DNA of 64,000 nucleotides from positions 1 to 64,000 of IMG/VR virus record IMGVR_UViG_3300042090_000646; one strand, 5' to 3'. Origin of the DNA: a virus. Within the stretch, counting starts at the first letter, position 1; every line of letters starts with the position of its first letter. Of the stretch, positions 44,055 to 53,525 are shown piece after piece. Below the pieces are notes generated by a model. That model saw only the letters and a program-made list of their open reading frames with translations. It had not been told where the DNA came from and ran no database searches. A program made the position numbers and the translations under genes.

Positions 44055-44130
44055 TGTGGCATAAATGTGGCAATGTGAAAAATAAGTTGTTGCTTTGTGT
44101 CGCATTGTGCTTAAACTTGTCGGTGTAGCA
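44055..44130. promoter_or_regulatory. Divergent promoter/operator region
   Basis: AT-rich; TGTNGCA at 44055, 44066, 44098, 44124; TTGCTT-16-TAAACT on +. Confidence 0.6.
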
Positions 44131-44219
44131 CCTGTAACAGTTCCCCATTGGTGGCGGGACATTGTCCCACGAAAGTCCCCCGCCGTCGCTCTGGCGGTTA
44201 TGAAGCCGCCTCAAACAAC

Positions 44220-44249
44220 AAAAAAGCCGCCCCTCTGCAAAGGGGCGGC
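44220..44249 (-). terminator. Intrinsic terminator, minus strand
   Basis: 9-bp stem gccgcccct/aggggcggc followed by T6 on the minus strand. Confidence 0.6.
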
Positions 44250-44268
44250 AACTACAAGGAGGTGTTTG

Positions 44269-44535
44269 GTGACTCCACTGAAAGAATACAGCAAGGACAA
44301 GGCTCCGGCAAGGGGAGCCCGCAAAAGAGGTCCGGTTTTCGCTTCTCGCCAAGGTGTCATTGGCGTCGAATACGGATGCGGCCATTTCGTTCCTGGCCCC
44401 ATCTCTGGTGAGGCAGGCGCCCGAGTTAAGGACACTTTGGTCCGCATGTCGCGTTGCCCGGTTTGTTTCCCGGGGGGTGCCCATTTCCACAAGGAAATGC
44501 TGGATCTGGCGGTTCTTCCTGAGCCTGCGATATGA
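44269..44535 (+). CDS. Small Cys/His protein, first rightward early gene
   Basis: AAGGAGG RBS; CGH..CPVC. Confidence 0.6.
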   Translation: MTPLKEYSKDKAPARGARKRGPVFASRQGVIGVEYGCGHFVPGPISGEAGARVKDTLVRMSRCPVCFPGGAHFHKEMLDLAVLPEPAI

Positions 44536-44783
44536 CGAGTGCTGCCCTTCTTAAGCTACTGGAACGTGCTACCAAGCGATTCCAGAACTTCCGGGGCATT
44601 GGAGAGCAGGCTGCTGCCATGAAAAGCGACGTGGTGCTGCATCCGCTCGAATGGTGGGAGCCCGAGGATGAGGCCCTCCTGAAAGAAATGACCCAGGCCA
44701 TCAACCAAAACCGGGGGTGCGAACCGCTCCCCCTTGAGGCGGCTGCAACCGCCGATGACGATGAGGAGGCAAGCAATGAGTGA
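44532..44783 (+). CDS. Hypothetical protein
   Basis: ATGA overlap. Confidence 0.6.
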   Translation: MTSAALLKLLERATKRFQNFRGIGEQAAAMKSDVVLHPLEWWEPEDEALLKEMTQAINQNRGCEPLPLEAAATADDDEEASNE

Positions 44784-45600
44784 ATCCGTCGAGGGCACGT
44801 CTGCCCTCAACCAAGTGTCCTCCGAGGGGCCGGAGGTCCTGGCCGCCAGCAAGGTGGCCCTGGTGGAAATCCAAGCCTTGGAGGTCATCAACGCCCCGAA
44901 GATGGTCATCCGCACCGACGCTGAATACAAGGCCGCCGGGGCCCAATTTGCTCTCATCAACGAGCGGCTCAAGAGCCTGGAAACCGAGCGGGATGGTCTG
45001 GTCAGGCCGCTCAACGGCGTGGTGGACCGCATCAATGCCCTTTTCCGGGGAGCCAGGGAACAACTCCTGAGGGCCCGGTCTTTCCCCGAGGCGGCCATGA
45101 AGGGGTGGGTCACCGAACAGGACCGGCTCCGCAAGGAGGCCCTGGAGAAGGCCCGTCAGGAGGCCGAGGCTGAACGCCTGCGCCTCGAAAAGGAACGCAT
45201 TGAGGCTGAGGCAGAGATGCAACGCGTCAAGGATGCACAGATGGAGGCCGAGCGTCTGGCCCAGGCTGAGACCAACCCATTTATGCGGGCCATTCGACAG
45301 GCCACCGTGGTCCAAAATGCCACCGCCGCGGCCGAAGTCACCCAGGCGTGGAAGGGGACCGTCCTGGAGGAGCGGCGGCTGGAGGCTGCTGTCAACAACG
45401 TCCCCATCCCATTAGTTCGCGCCAGCGGGACCAAGGTCAACCGGCCTTGGAAATGGCGTTATGTGAACAAGGCCATCATCCCGGACCAATACAAGCTCAT
45501 CAACGAACAGCTCATCAGTGCGACCGTCCGCACTCTGAAGGGCGATACCAAAATCGACGGGATCGAAGTCTACCAAGACATCGCCATCGGAGGCATGTAA
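44776..45600 (+). CDS. Coiled-coil recombination-module protein
   Basis: GAGGAGG RBS; long coiled coil; WKW..IPDQY..IDGIEVY C-terminus. Confidence 0.75.
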   Translation: MSESVEGTSALNQVSSEGPEVLAASKVALVEIQALEVINAPKMVIRTDAEYKAAGAQFALINERLKSLETERDGLVRPLNGVVDRINALFRGAREQLLRARSFPEAAMKGWVTEQDRLRKEALEKARQEAEAERLRLEKERIEAEAEMQRVKDAQMEAERLAQAETNPFMRAIRQATVVQNATAAAEVTQAWKGTVLEERRLEAAVNNVPIPLVRASGTKVNRPWKWRYVNKAIIPDQYKLINEQLISATVRTLKGDTKIDGIEVYQDIAIGGM

Positions 45601-45604
45601 AGCC

Positions 45605-46681
45605 ATGTCCACGGAACCTAACTCCCAACTCCCCGCCAGTATCCCCCCTCCGCAAGAGGTTCGTATGTGCATGGACACCGTCCAGGGCATGGAGGCTCTT
45701 CAGCGGGGTGGGAACTTACTCTCCAGCTCCAGCCTCGTCCCCGAGGTCTACCGTCGCTGGAAGGTAGAAAAGGACGGCACCCGCTCTGAGAACCCCTCCG
45801 GGCTCGCCAACTGCGTGGTCGCCCTCAATATGGCCACCCGTATTGGCATGGACCCGATCATGTGCATGCAGAACCTTAATGTGATCGAAGGGCGTCCGAG
45901 CTGGTCCAGCGTGTTCATCATCGCCAGCATCAACCAGTGCGGGAAATTCAGCCCCCTTCGGTTCGACCTCTCCCCCCTTGGGGATGAGACCGAGGCCAAC
46001 TTCAAATACACCGAATGGGAGCCTAATCCCGCCAATCCTGGCAAGAATCGCCCTGTAGAGAAGACAGGCACCCTCAAGGTGAAACATCAGAGCTGCCGGG
46101 CGTGGGCAATTGAGAAGGCCACTGGTCAGCGTTTGGATGGCCCGGAGATCACCATTCAGATGGCATTGGATGAGGGGTGGATCCAGAAGAGGGGATCCAA
46201 ATGGCGGACCATGCAGGAAGTTATGCTTCGCTACCGTGCTGCCAGCATGTTCGGCAAGCTCTATGCCCCCGAGTTGCTCTTGGGGCTCCAGTCCGCCGAA
46301 GAGGTCCAGGACGTCGTCGACGTCGAGGTAATCGAGGAGGATGAGCCGCGCCAACGTCCGCCCCAACGCACCACCAAACAGGCAAACCACACCGGATGGA
46401 CCATTGAGGCCATGGAGGCGTGGGACGGCCTCATGGAGAATGCCTATGGAGCCTTCAAGGATGCCGGATACCAGGCCGAATATCAGGCGTTCCATGACAT
46501 CTGGCATCCCAAGCGGGGCAAGAGCCTGGCGGAGCCCGCCATTGCTGAGCTGAAGGCTGCTGTGGACGGTCTGGTTGCTGCCGCTGCCGACTCCGACTCC
46601 AAGAACAAGAAGGGCCCGGCACAAGAACAGCCCACTGGAAAGAATCCCGACGAGAAACTTCGTTCCCAGGTCGCTGAATGA
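45605..46681 (+). CDS. Single-strand annealing protein (RecT-like)
   Basis: NCVVALNMA..MQNL..GRPSW..SKWRTM..MLRYRA..PELLLG. Confidence 0.75.
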   Translation: MSTEPNSQLPASIPPPQEVRMCMDTVQGMEALQRGGNLLSSSSLVPEVYRRWKVEKDGTRSENPSGLANCVVALNMATRIGMDPIMCMQNLNVIEGRPSWSSVFIIASINQCGKFSPLRFDLSPLGDETEANFKYTEWEPNPANPGKNRPVEKTGTLKVKHQSCRAWAIEKATGQRLDGPEITIQMALDEGWIQKRGSKWRTMQEVMLRYRAASMFGKLYAPELLLGLQSAEEVQDVVDVEVIEEDEPRQRPPQRTTKQANHTGWTIEAMEAWDGLMENAYGAFKDAGYQAEYQAFHDIWHPKRGKSLAEPAIAELKAAVDGLVAAAADSDSKNKKGPAQEQPTGKNPDEKLRSQVAE

Positions 46682-46902
46682 ACGCCATCAATGATGCCGC
46701 CAGGGTCCTCGGCCTGATCCGTCAGGCTGGGTCCCTGGGGGCTACTGCCTCAGAACTGGCCGGATGGACCGGTAAGACCCTGACCGGGATCGAGACTCAT
46801 CTCCGGACGCTCAGGCGCCAGGGCCTCATCACTCGAACCAAGGTAACCCGGTCCACCGGCAACGGAACAGATTCCCCCGTCTACCAAGAGAAGGGCGCAT
46901 GA
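46678..46902 (+). CDS. Small winged-helix protein
   Basis: TASELA..HLRTLRRQGLI. Confidence 0.7.
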   Translation: MNAINDAARVLGLIRQAGSLGATASELAGWTGKTLTGIETHLRTLRRQGLITRTKVTRSTGNGTDSPVYQEKGA

Positions 46903-47297
46903 GTCACGACGAAAACACCTATGAACTGACTATCTGGCGGTTCAATCACCCCCTCCACGCCACCAAGACCATTTCCTCCATTGTCCCGATCACCGAGGCC
47001 GGGGCCCGTGCCGCAGCTGCCCGCAAGGGCTGGAACGTGGAAGGCTGGATGGCCTCGTCCGGGACCGAGAACGTGGCCGTGCTTCCCCCCGAGGCTCCAG
47101 CGCCCGACGGCGAGACCCTCCACCTGTTCGCCGTGACCCTATTGCGGATACAACGAGGCGAGATTGAAGTGGAGGCAGTGGACGAGGGAGAAGCCACGAG
47201 GATGGCCTTGGACCAAGTCCACAAGGTCGACTGGATCGAGTTTGACCCCGCCGAAGTTGACGAAGTCCGCGACGATGGCCTCGTCGAGGGCACCTAG
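46899..47297 (+). CDS. Hypothetical protein
   Basis: ATGA overlap; EVEAVDEGEA. Confidence 0.65.
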   Translation: MSHDENTYELTIWRFNHPLHATKTISSIVPITEAGARAAAARKGWNVEGWMASSGTENVAVLPPEAPAPDGETLHLFAVTLLRIQRGEIEVEAVDEGEATRMALDQVHKVDWIEFDPAEVDEVRDDGLVEGT

Positions 47298-47306
47298 GAG
47301 CCAACC

Positions 47307-47612
47307 ATGAACACCGCCGACGAAGTCAACCCCCTCATTCCCAAAGCGAAGACCCTGAACCTGGCCCGGCTCCGGCTGGCCCTGGCGGACTACCTGCCGC
47401 GGACTCCAGGCTACCGGACCATCCTGGCGGCCATTGAGGCCGGGATGCCCTATATCCCCGATCCCCTGGGCCGGGAGCGGTTCCGCACCTTCGAGTTGGA
47501 CAAGGTCCTGAACTGGTGGTTCACCAACCGGGCCCCCAAACCCCTTCTCAATTCCGCCACCGATGCCGCCATCCGGGTCTCTCGCGCCCGGCGGAAGCCT
47601 AAATCCGCTTAA
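47307..47612 (+). CDS. Xis/Nu1-like DNA-binding protein
   Basis: AGMP..G..F.LDKVLNWW; AGGAG RBS. Confidence 0.6.
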   Translation: MNTADEVNPLIPKAKTLNLARLRLALADYLPRTPGYRTILAAIEAGMPYIPDPLGRERFRTFELDKVLNWWFTNRAPKPLLNSATDAAIRVSRARRKPKSA

Positions 47613-47627
47613 AGGAGCCCCAGCAAT

Positions 47628-47918
47628 ATGTGCCCCATATCGCAAAGCGCGTCCAATAACCACGAAAACGGCAGCAATACCCTGGTCTCTCATTCCAAGG
47701 AGAACCCCTTGATTGAGGACCCCTGGCTCAACACCGCCTTGCTCTGCCGTGCCATGACCGACCATTTCGGCGGCCGAAAAATCTGCCGTGACTCCATCCG
47801 GAAGGCGGTCAAGATGGGCCTCCCCCACCAAATCAACCGCTTGAACGGCAGGAAAGAATTCCAACTCACGGTCGTCCTTTCCTGGTGGATCAAGTCACCC
47901 CTGGCCAAGGCGTCCTGA
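47628..47918 (+). CDS. Xis/Nu1-like DNA-binding protein (paralogue)
   Basis: MGLP..NG..F.LTVVLSWW; AAGGAG RBS. Confidence 0.6.
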   Translation: MCPISQSASNNHENGSNTLVSHSKENPLIEDPWLNTALLCRAMTDHFGGRKICRDSIRKAVKMGLPHQINRLNGRKEFQLTVVLSWWIKSPLAKAS

Positions 47919-47976
47919 CCTCCGTAACCGCACCATTCAAGGTGGGCCGATGGGCCCGCCGTCCGTAAGGACTGCC

Positions 47977-48159
47977 ATGAACCGCCTGGTGATCAAATAT
48001 TCGCGTTTCAACGACCTTCTCCGGGACCTGGCATATTTCGCAGGATCCATGGCCTACATTGGCCCCAGGTCCGACCTGTTCATCTCTCGATTCACCCTTG
48101 AGAACTTGGAGTCCGTGCCCCGGTCGGCTCGGCTGTTCCGTCCCAAGGCGGTAGCCTAG
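47977..48159 (+). CDS. Hypothetical protein
   Basis: AAGGA RBS; abuts next gene. Confidence 0.5.
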   Translation: MNRLVIKYSRFNDLLRDLAYFAGSMAYIGPRSDLFISRFTLENLESVPRSARLFRPKAVA

Positions 48160-48597
48160 ATGGTCTGGGCTCTCACCATTCACGCCTATCCCCAATCGGG
48201 CAACGTAACGATGAGGATGCACTGGACCCGTTACAAGGCCCTACTCAAGGTTTGGTTCTGGCTGGTCCGCACTGCACCTGGCTTCCTCGCTGTCTCCAAA
48301 CCGAGCGGGCGGCGCCGCGTGACGATCCAGCTCCACGGTAGCCGGGCCATCGATAAGGTGAATCGCTATTTCGCTGTCAAACCAATTGAGGACGTTCTAC
48401 GCCCTCCCAAGCATGAAACCGGAATCTATAAAACCGGCAAGAAAAAGGGCCAGCCCTGGAAACGGGATCGACTTGGCCACGGTTTGATTCTGGAAGACAA
48501 CGACCCCAATGTCGACCTTCAAGTGCCGCCCGTCCTGAAGTTGGGAAAGGGCGAATCTCCCTTCATCGTCATCACTCTTGAGGACATCGCATCATGA
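48160..48597 (+). CDS. RusA-like Holliday junction resolvase
   Basis: PQSGN..DKVN...VKPIEDVL..GLILEDND. Confidence 0.55.
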   Translation: MVWALTIHAYPQSGNVTMRMHWTRYKALLKVWFWLVRTAPGFLAVSKPSGRRRVTIQLHGSRAIDKVNRYFAVKPIEDVLRPPKHETGIYKTGKKKGQPWKRDRLGHGLILEDNDPNVDLQVPPVLKLGKGESPFIVITLEDIAS

Positions 48598-48842
48598 AAA
48601 TGGTCAAGCGTTACGTCTGCTCCTTCTGCTCCGCTTCCCCTCTCGCCAAGGCTCACGCCTACGCCAAGCCCGCGGATGCGCTGGCTCATGAGGGAAAGTG
48701 CTTCTACAACCCGGAGACGCATTCCTGTGGCACATGCGCCTATCTGGGCCGCCAGCGGAAGACCTGTTCCGCGCCCAAGCCTGGCCCCGGTCGCCCCTTC
48801 ACCACCAACTGCAAGCATTGGAAACTGCGGGGCTCGAAATGA
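48594..48842 (+). CDS. Small zinc-finger protein
   Basis: CSFC..HE.KCFYNP..CGTC. Confidence 0.65.
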   Translation: MKMVKRYVCSFCSASPLAKAHAYAKPADALAHEGKCFYNPETHSCGTCAYLGRQRKTCSAPKPGPGRPFTTNCKHWKLRGSK

Positions 48843-48973
48843 TGGCCCCGGATGAGGTCGCCGCTGCCCTAAAGGCCATATCCAAGGCCCTGGACGGGTC
48901 GCCTACCGGAGAGACGGTCTATGGCTGCCAGATCCTCCTGGAGTCCCTTGCAGCCGCACAGGTGGCCTCCTAG
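48839..48973 (+). CDS. Small hypothetical protein
   Basis: ATGA overlap. Confidence 0.4.
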   Translation: MMAPDEVAAALKAISKALDGSPTGETVYGCQILLESLAAAQVAS

Positions 48974-49065
48974 ATGAGCTTCCGGACCTTCATCCTCCTC
49001 GCTATGGCCACCCTGACTACCCTGAACCTGGCGGGTGGAATCCATTGGCTCATCAAGGAGAAACC

Positions 49066-49557
49066 ATGGCGATAAATCCTGTCGCTGTCTCCGGCATCTC
49101 TCCCTGGGAAATCCTAGGATTGCACCCTGGCGCCTCTCCGGAGGAGGTATCCGGGGCAAAGCGGATCCTGGCCAAACTGGTTCACCCGGACGTCCTGGCC
49201 AGGGGGAAAGCCATCTTCCAGATCGTTGAGGCAGCGCCAGAGGCTTGCCTAAATGGCGGCCGGTGGCCTGATGGGGTGAACTTCCAGGCCATTCCTCCGG
49301 GCTCATTCACCCCTTCCCCGCCACCACCGCCCCGGCCGTCACGCCCTCAGAATGCGGGCTGGTTTAAAACCAAGAAGGGCGGCTGGAGCCGGCGAATTGG
49401 GGCGACTTCCTGGATCAACGTCTACTTCGCCAAAGATGGCTCAGGTTGGCGGTTCCTGGGCCCCGATGCCAATGGAATGACCTACTTCGATACCGAGAGC
49501 CACCCTACCCCTGAAGATGCCATGGCGGGGGCCGATGAATATTTCCGAGGCATGTGA
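49066..49557 (+). CDS. J-domain (DnaJ-like) protein
   Basis: PWEILGL..AS.EEV..AKRILAKLVHPD; AAGGAG RBS. Confidence 0.8.
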   Translation: MAINPVAVSGISPWEILGLHPGASPEEVSGAKRILAKLVHPDVLARGKAIFQIVEAAPEACLNGGRWPDGVNFQAIPPGSFTPSPPPPPRPSRPQNAGWFKTKKGGWSRRIGATSWINVYFAKDGSGWRFLGPDANGMTYFDTESHPTPEDAMAGADEYFRGM

Positions 49558-50501
49558 TGGCTACTACTGCGCTGGGCCCCTTCGTTGCTCTCTATTGCCG
49601 GGAGATCCTGGGGGACCCCGACATCGCATCGCTTAATGACGACCAATTTGGTCGTCTTGTGCGTTACTGGTTAGTTATGTCGGAGATGGGCGGTAGATTG
49701 CCCGGAGATCCTCAAGAGATCGCCAAGAGATCGAGGCTAGATGTCAGGAAAGTAAGACATGACGTTCTATGGTTTCCCCGGTTCTTTGTAAAGGACATCT
49801 TCGACGGTTCGTGGCGGTCGGAAAGGCTCGAAAAGCAGGCGGCCAAATACAGCAGAAAGATTGATACCGCAAGGCAGAACGGGAAATTATCCAACCCCGA
49901 AATGGGGGAGTTGCCCCCGTTGGATTTGACCCCCGAAATGGGGGGGATTATTCCCCCCGAATTAGGGGATGGAGGGAACCCCCATATCGGGGATTACACG
50001 CGCGGATCTCAAACTCAAACTCAAACTCAAGAAAAGAGTACCTCCCCTACCCCTCCGCAAGCGGAGGGAGGGCAGCGGGGGAAGGGCAAGAAGCCCAGGA
50101 CATCTCGCAAGTCCAAGGCCGAAAATGCGGACCCGTTCGTGGCCTACTCGCTTGAGGTATCCAGAGCCACCATCGAGGTCGTCAATGCCTGCCCCCTGGA
50201 GGACTATGCCGACGGCCGAAAGATCACCGTGGATCCAGGGAAAGTCGCTGATCGGATTGACGGGATCTTGAAGGCTCACCCCAAACTCGACGGCGCCATC
50301 CTGGTCGAAGCCTGGAAGTCATACCTTCTCCGGAAACCCAAGCAGATCAAGGCTCCTCAGTATTATTTCGGCGCCTTGGAGCATCAGTCCAACGGCGAGG
50401 GTGCCAACTGGCTACCCGACGTCAGGCTACTGTGGCACCTGAGGCAGACCCACCCCCCACCCCAGGAGCCCGAATCCAACTCGGACCCTAAAGCCTCGTG
50501 A
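49557..50501 (+). CDS. Replication initiator (DUF1376/YdaU-like N-terminus)
   Basis: Directly upstream of DnaB; internal iteron-like repeats. Confidence 0.7.
   Translation: MATTALGPFVALYCREILGDPDIASLNDDQFGRLVRYWLVMSEMGGRLPGDPQEIAKRSRLDVRKVRHDVLWFPRFFVKDIFDGSWRSERLEKQAAKYSRKIDTARQNGKLSNPEMGELPPLDLTPEMGGIIPPELGDGGNPHIGDYTRGSQTQTQTQEKSTSPTPPQAEGGQRGKGKKPRTSRKSKAENADPFVAYSLEVSRATIEVVNACPLEDYADGRKITVDPGKVADRIDGILKAHPKLDGAILVEAWKSYLLRKPKQIKAPQYYFGALEHQSNGEGANWLPDVRLLWHLRQTHPPPQEPESNSDPKAS
49893..50030. repeat. Putative origin iterons
   Basis: Four CCCC-N5/6-GGGG boxes, then (tcaaac)x3. Confidence 0.6.
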
Positions 50502-50515
50502 ATGGAAGGAACCCA

Positions 50516-51907
50516 ATGAATTCTCGAATCCCTGAAGACATTGAATCCGAACGGTCCCTGCTGGCAACTCTGGGCGCCTCTGGCACCCTGGATCCTGGCA
50601 GCGAAAATGCCGACGCGCACCAAGCCGTGCTGGACATGCGCCCCGAGTTCTTCATCCACCGGGGCCACCAGGCAGTCTGCAAGGCCATCCAGGCGATCTA
50701 CGCCGAGGGAGGCGACTTCAGTTCCATCACACTGAAGGCCAAACTGGAAGCACAGGGAACCCTGCATCGGATCAATGGTCTGACCGGCCTGATCGAGTTG
50801 TTGGGCGCCGAGGAGGTCCACCGTCCCACAGCCCTGGTCACGAGGCTGGCCGACCTTTGGCGGGCCCGGCAAATCATCCGACTTGGAGCCACCGCCCAGC
50901 GCCTGGGCCAGGACCCGATGGAGCCAGTGGCCGACGTGATCTCTGCCCTGGCCACCGAACTGTCCAACCTTCAAACAGGAGCCACGGCGATCCGGCTTCG
51001 CAAAGGGACGGCCATCCTGGACAAGCTCGTCTCAGGGCTGGCCTTCCGTGACCCCATCCACGGCGGGGCCAAGCTGGTTCGATTCGGCCTGGATGTGATG
51101 GATGAGGTCCTGGAGGCTTCGGCTGGCCACGTCATCACCATCGGGGCCCGTCCTGGCGTGGGCAAGACGGCACTCCAGGTCCAGGGCGCTTGGAAGACGG
51201 CCCAGGCTGGCCAGCGTCCGTTCCTGGCTTCCCTGGAACTGGACGAGGATGAGGTCGACGCCCGCCTCGCAGCATGGAAGACCGGGGTGCCCTACAAGGT
51301 TTTCCGGGAGGGCACCTGGAACGCCCAGGCAGTGACCGACATGATTGGCGAAGCTGCAACCTTGGAGCGCATCACCACCTGGAGCCATGCCTCCGGTGTG
51401 GCTTGGGCCACCATTGAGGCCGCGATTCGGGATGCCGTCCGTGTGGAGGGCTCCACCAGCGCCTGGATCGATCATGCCTTGCTGGTGGGCAAGCCTGTCC
51501 TGGGAAAGAACACCACTGATGCAGCGGCTTGGGCCTCCCTGTCTCATGCCATCAAACGGCTTGCCCAGGAGCTGAGAATCTGCATCGTGGTGTTGATCCA
51601 GCTCAACCGGGTCAATGCCGTTGGCGAACCCAACCTGTCCGACCTGAAGGAGTCCGGGGCCTGGGAGGAAGATGCCAATGCCGTATTCCTGCTCTGGGAC
51701 AAGAACCAGGCTTCCGAGGAAGGCGCCCTCGCGGAAACCAAGGAAGTCTACGTCAAGGCAGCCAAGATGCGCTCCGGTGCTTCCGGGTGGAAGCGGCTCT
51801 TGGAGTTTCGTGGCGCTCTGAATCGCTTCCGGGTGTTCGTCAATGAGACCGAAGGAACCTCCTCCGACGGAGTCCCAATTGGGGTTCAGGGTCGCTTCCA
51901 CATGTAG
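50516..51907 (+). CDS. dnaB: DnaB-like replicative helicase
   Basis: ESERSLL; GARPGVGKT; SLEL; QLNR..P.LSDLKESGAWEEDA; AKMRSG. Confidence 0.92.
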   Translation: MNSRIPEDIESERSLLATLGASGTLDPGSENADAHQAVLDMRPEFFIHRGHQAVCKAIQAIYAEGGDFSSITLKAKLEAQGTLHRINGLTGLIELLGAEEVHRPTALVTRLADLWRARQIIRLGATAQRLGQDPMEPVADVISALATELSNLQTGATAIRLRKGTAILDKLVSGLAFRDPIHGGAKLVRFGLDVMDEVLEASAGHVITIGARPGVGKTALQVQGAWKTAQAGQRPFLASLELDEDEVDARLAAWKTGVPYKVFREGTWNAQAVTDMIGEAATLERITTWSHASGVAWATIEAAIRDAVRVEGSTSAWIDHALLVGKPVLGKNTTDAAAWASLSHAIKRLAQELRICIVVLIQLNRVNAVGEPNLSDLKESGAWEEDANAVFLLWDKNQASEEGALAETKEVYVKAAKMRSGASGWKRLLEFRGALNRFRVFVNETEGTSSDGVPIGVQGRFHM

Positions 51908-52115
51908 CCGAGAACCCGATCCGCTGGTCCTTGGCGGCCGGGGAACGGGTAGCCCCGGCATGGTTCCATGACCGCGGTTTACTTCCTGCCCTTAAACTGC
52001 GAGAATCTGTCGCAAAAATAACATTTAGCACAAGATGTTCGGCTCGATTTCCAGACCAGTTTCAAAGCACGTCAAAGCACGCCAAAGATCGTTGAAAATA
52101 GCGTGAAATAATGCC

Positions 52116-52559
52116 TTGAACCTAAACACCCCCGGCAGGAACCTGCGGTATCGCCGAGGTATTCCAGTGGGTCAACCGATCAACAGGTCCATCGAGCTGC
52201 TCCTGGGAGCCTGTGAGGACGCCAGTGGGATCAGACCGGATGCCGCTCGTTTTTTGGGCGCTCTTATTACCCGGTGTGAAGAAGCTGGTATTCAGTCTGA
52301 GTATCTGGCCATCGCCATTGGATACCGACGCCTCAAGGTGAGCTATGCCAGAGCCCTGAATCTTGCTCTGGCTCAGGGCGTCTCCCGATGGGCTCTCCGG
52401 GCTTTGGGCCCCGACGCACCGTTACGAGAGTCCTACCCCCTCTATCGCCGACTCGCTGAAGCCCAAGGGATCACGCCCTGGGGCTTCGTCTGGTATCAGA
52501 CCCACGCCTACGGTGGGGGGCTCCTGAAGCCGACCCCTACGCTGGAGGCTGGGGCATGA
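52116..52559 (+). CDS. Hypothetical protein
   Basis: Stop overlaps next ATG; start uncertain. Confidence 0.5.
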   Translation: MNLNTPGRNLRYRRGIPVGQPINRSIELLLGACEDASGIRPDAARFLGALITRCEEAGIQSEYLAIAIGYRRLKVSYARALNLALAQGVSRWALRALGPDAPLRESYPLYRRLAEAQGITPWGFVWYQTHAYGGGLLKPTPTLEAGA

Positions 52560-53233
52560 AGACTACTCCGCTGCGGCGCAAGAAGCCGCTGACACACCAC
52601 CCTGCACCGAAGCGCAAGACCCCGCTGAAGGCGTCCTCGTTCGTTTCCAAGGCGCACCTGATTGCGACCTTGGCGGGGGCGCCGCGGCGGGCACCCATCA
52701 AGCGCAAGCCCCGGCCCAAGCACTCCGTCGGGGACCAGGACCACCTGGATGCCGTGGCCGCCCAGGGGTGCATCGCATGTCTCATGGATGGCAACCCTGG
52801 CGTCACTTCCTGCATCCACCACGTCAAACGTAGGCCCGATGGTCAGAAATACGGTTACGGGCAACGGTCCATCCACAAGCGGGTCCTTCCCCTTTGCGAG
52901 GGTCATCACCAGGGCCAACTGGACATCTCCAAGGTGGCCTTCCACAGGAATCCTGGAGCCTTTGAATTCCGGTATGGAAGTGAGCTTGGGCTGCTTGTCT
53001 TGGTAGACGCTCTGCTTGCCCGTGGGAATGCGAATGAAATTCCCGCTTGGGATGACTGCGACCAATGCGCCGAACTGTTCTGCAACATCCACGGCTGCGA
53101 CGTAGGCGACCCTCACTGTCTTTGCCCCTCTATTGAATTCTGGGAGTCCGTCGGTGTGGACCCCTACTTCGGGGGTGCCCTGATGTCGCCCCTCGACCTT
53201 ACTGATCTGGAAAGGATGGCTCCCAGTGCATAA
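52556..53233 (+). CDS. Ref/DUF968-like HNH-fold protein
   Basis: GCIAC..IHHV..VLPLCEGHH..FH..FEFRYGSE. Confidence 0.7.
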   Translation: MKTTPLRRKKPLTHHPAPKRKTPLKASSFVSKAHLIATLAGAPRRAPIKRKPRPKHSVGDQDHLDAVAAQGCIACLMDGNPGVTSCIHHVKRRPDGQKYGYGQRSIHKRVLPLCEGHHQGQLDISKVAFHRNPGAFEFRYGSELGLLVLVDALLARGNANEIPAWDDCDQCAELFCNIHGCDVGDPHCLCPSIEFWESVGVDPYFGGALMSPLDLTDLERMAPSA

Positions 53234-53525
53234 ACCCAAAAACGAATTGGAAGCCCGGGCCGCTGAATGGATGGCCAGCAACCCCGATGCCATGCTCCAC
53301 CTGGAACGCATGGCCCTCCAGCTTTGGCGAGATGGCAAAAAATTCGGAGTCAAACGACTGGTGGAACAGATTCGCTGGGACCTGTGCGGGATCCAGAACG
53401 CGGCCATGTTCAAGATCAACAACAGCCACACCGCCTATATCGCCCGCGAGCTGCTGCTCCGCCGCCCCGTCCTCCGGGACTTCATCGAGCTGCGGGTGGT
53501 CAAGTGCGAGAAAGTGGCAGCTTGA
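53226..53525 (+). CDS. Hypothetical protein
   Basis: EQIRW..FKINN..AYIAR. Confidence 0.65.
   Translation: MHKPKNELEARAAEWMASNPDAMLHLERMALQLWRDGKKFGVKRLVEQIRWDLCGIQNAAMFKINNSHTAYIARELLLRRPVLRDFIELRVVKCEKVAA

Noticed and set aside
51905-51960. Stop-codon readthrough of dnaB stimulated by a pseudoknot
   Set aside because: Next in-frame TAG follows after only 14 codons
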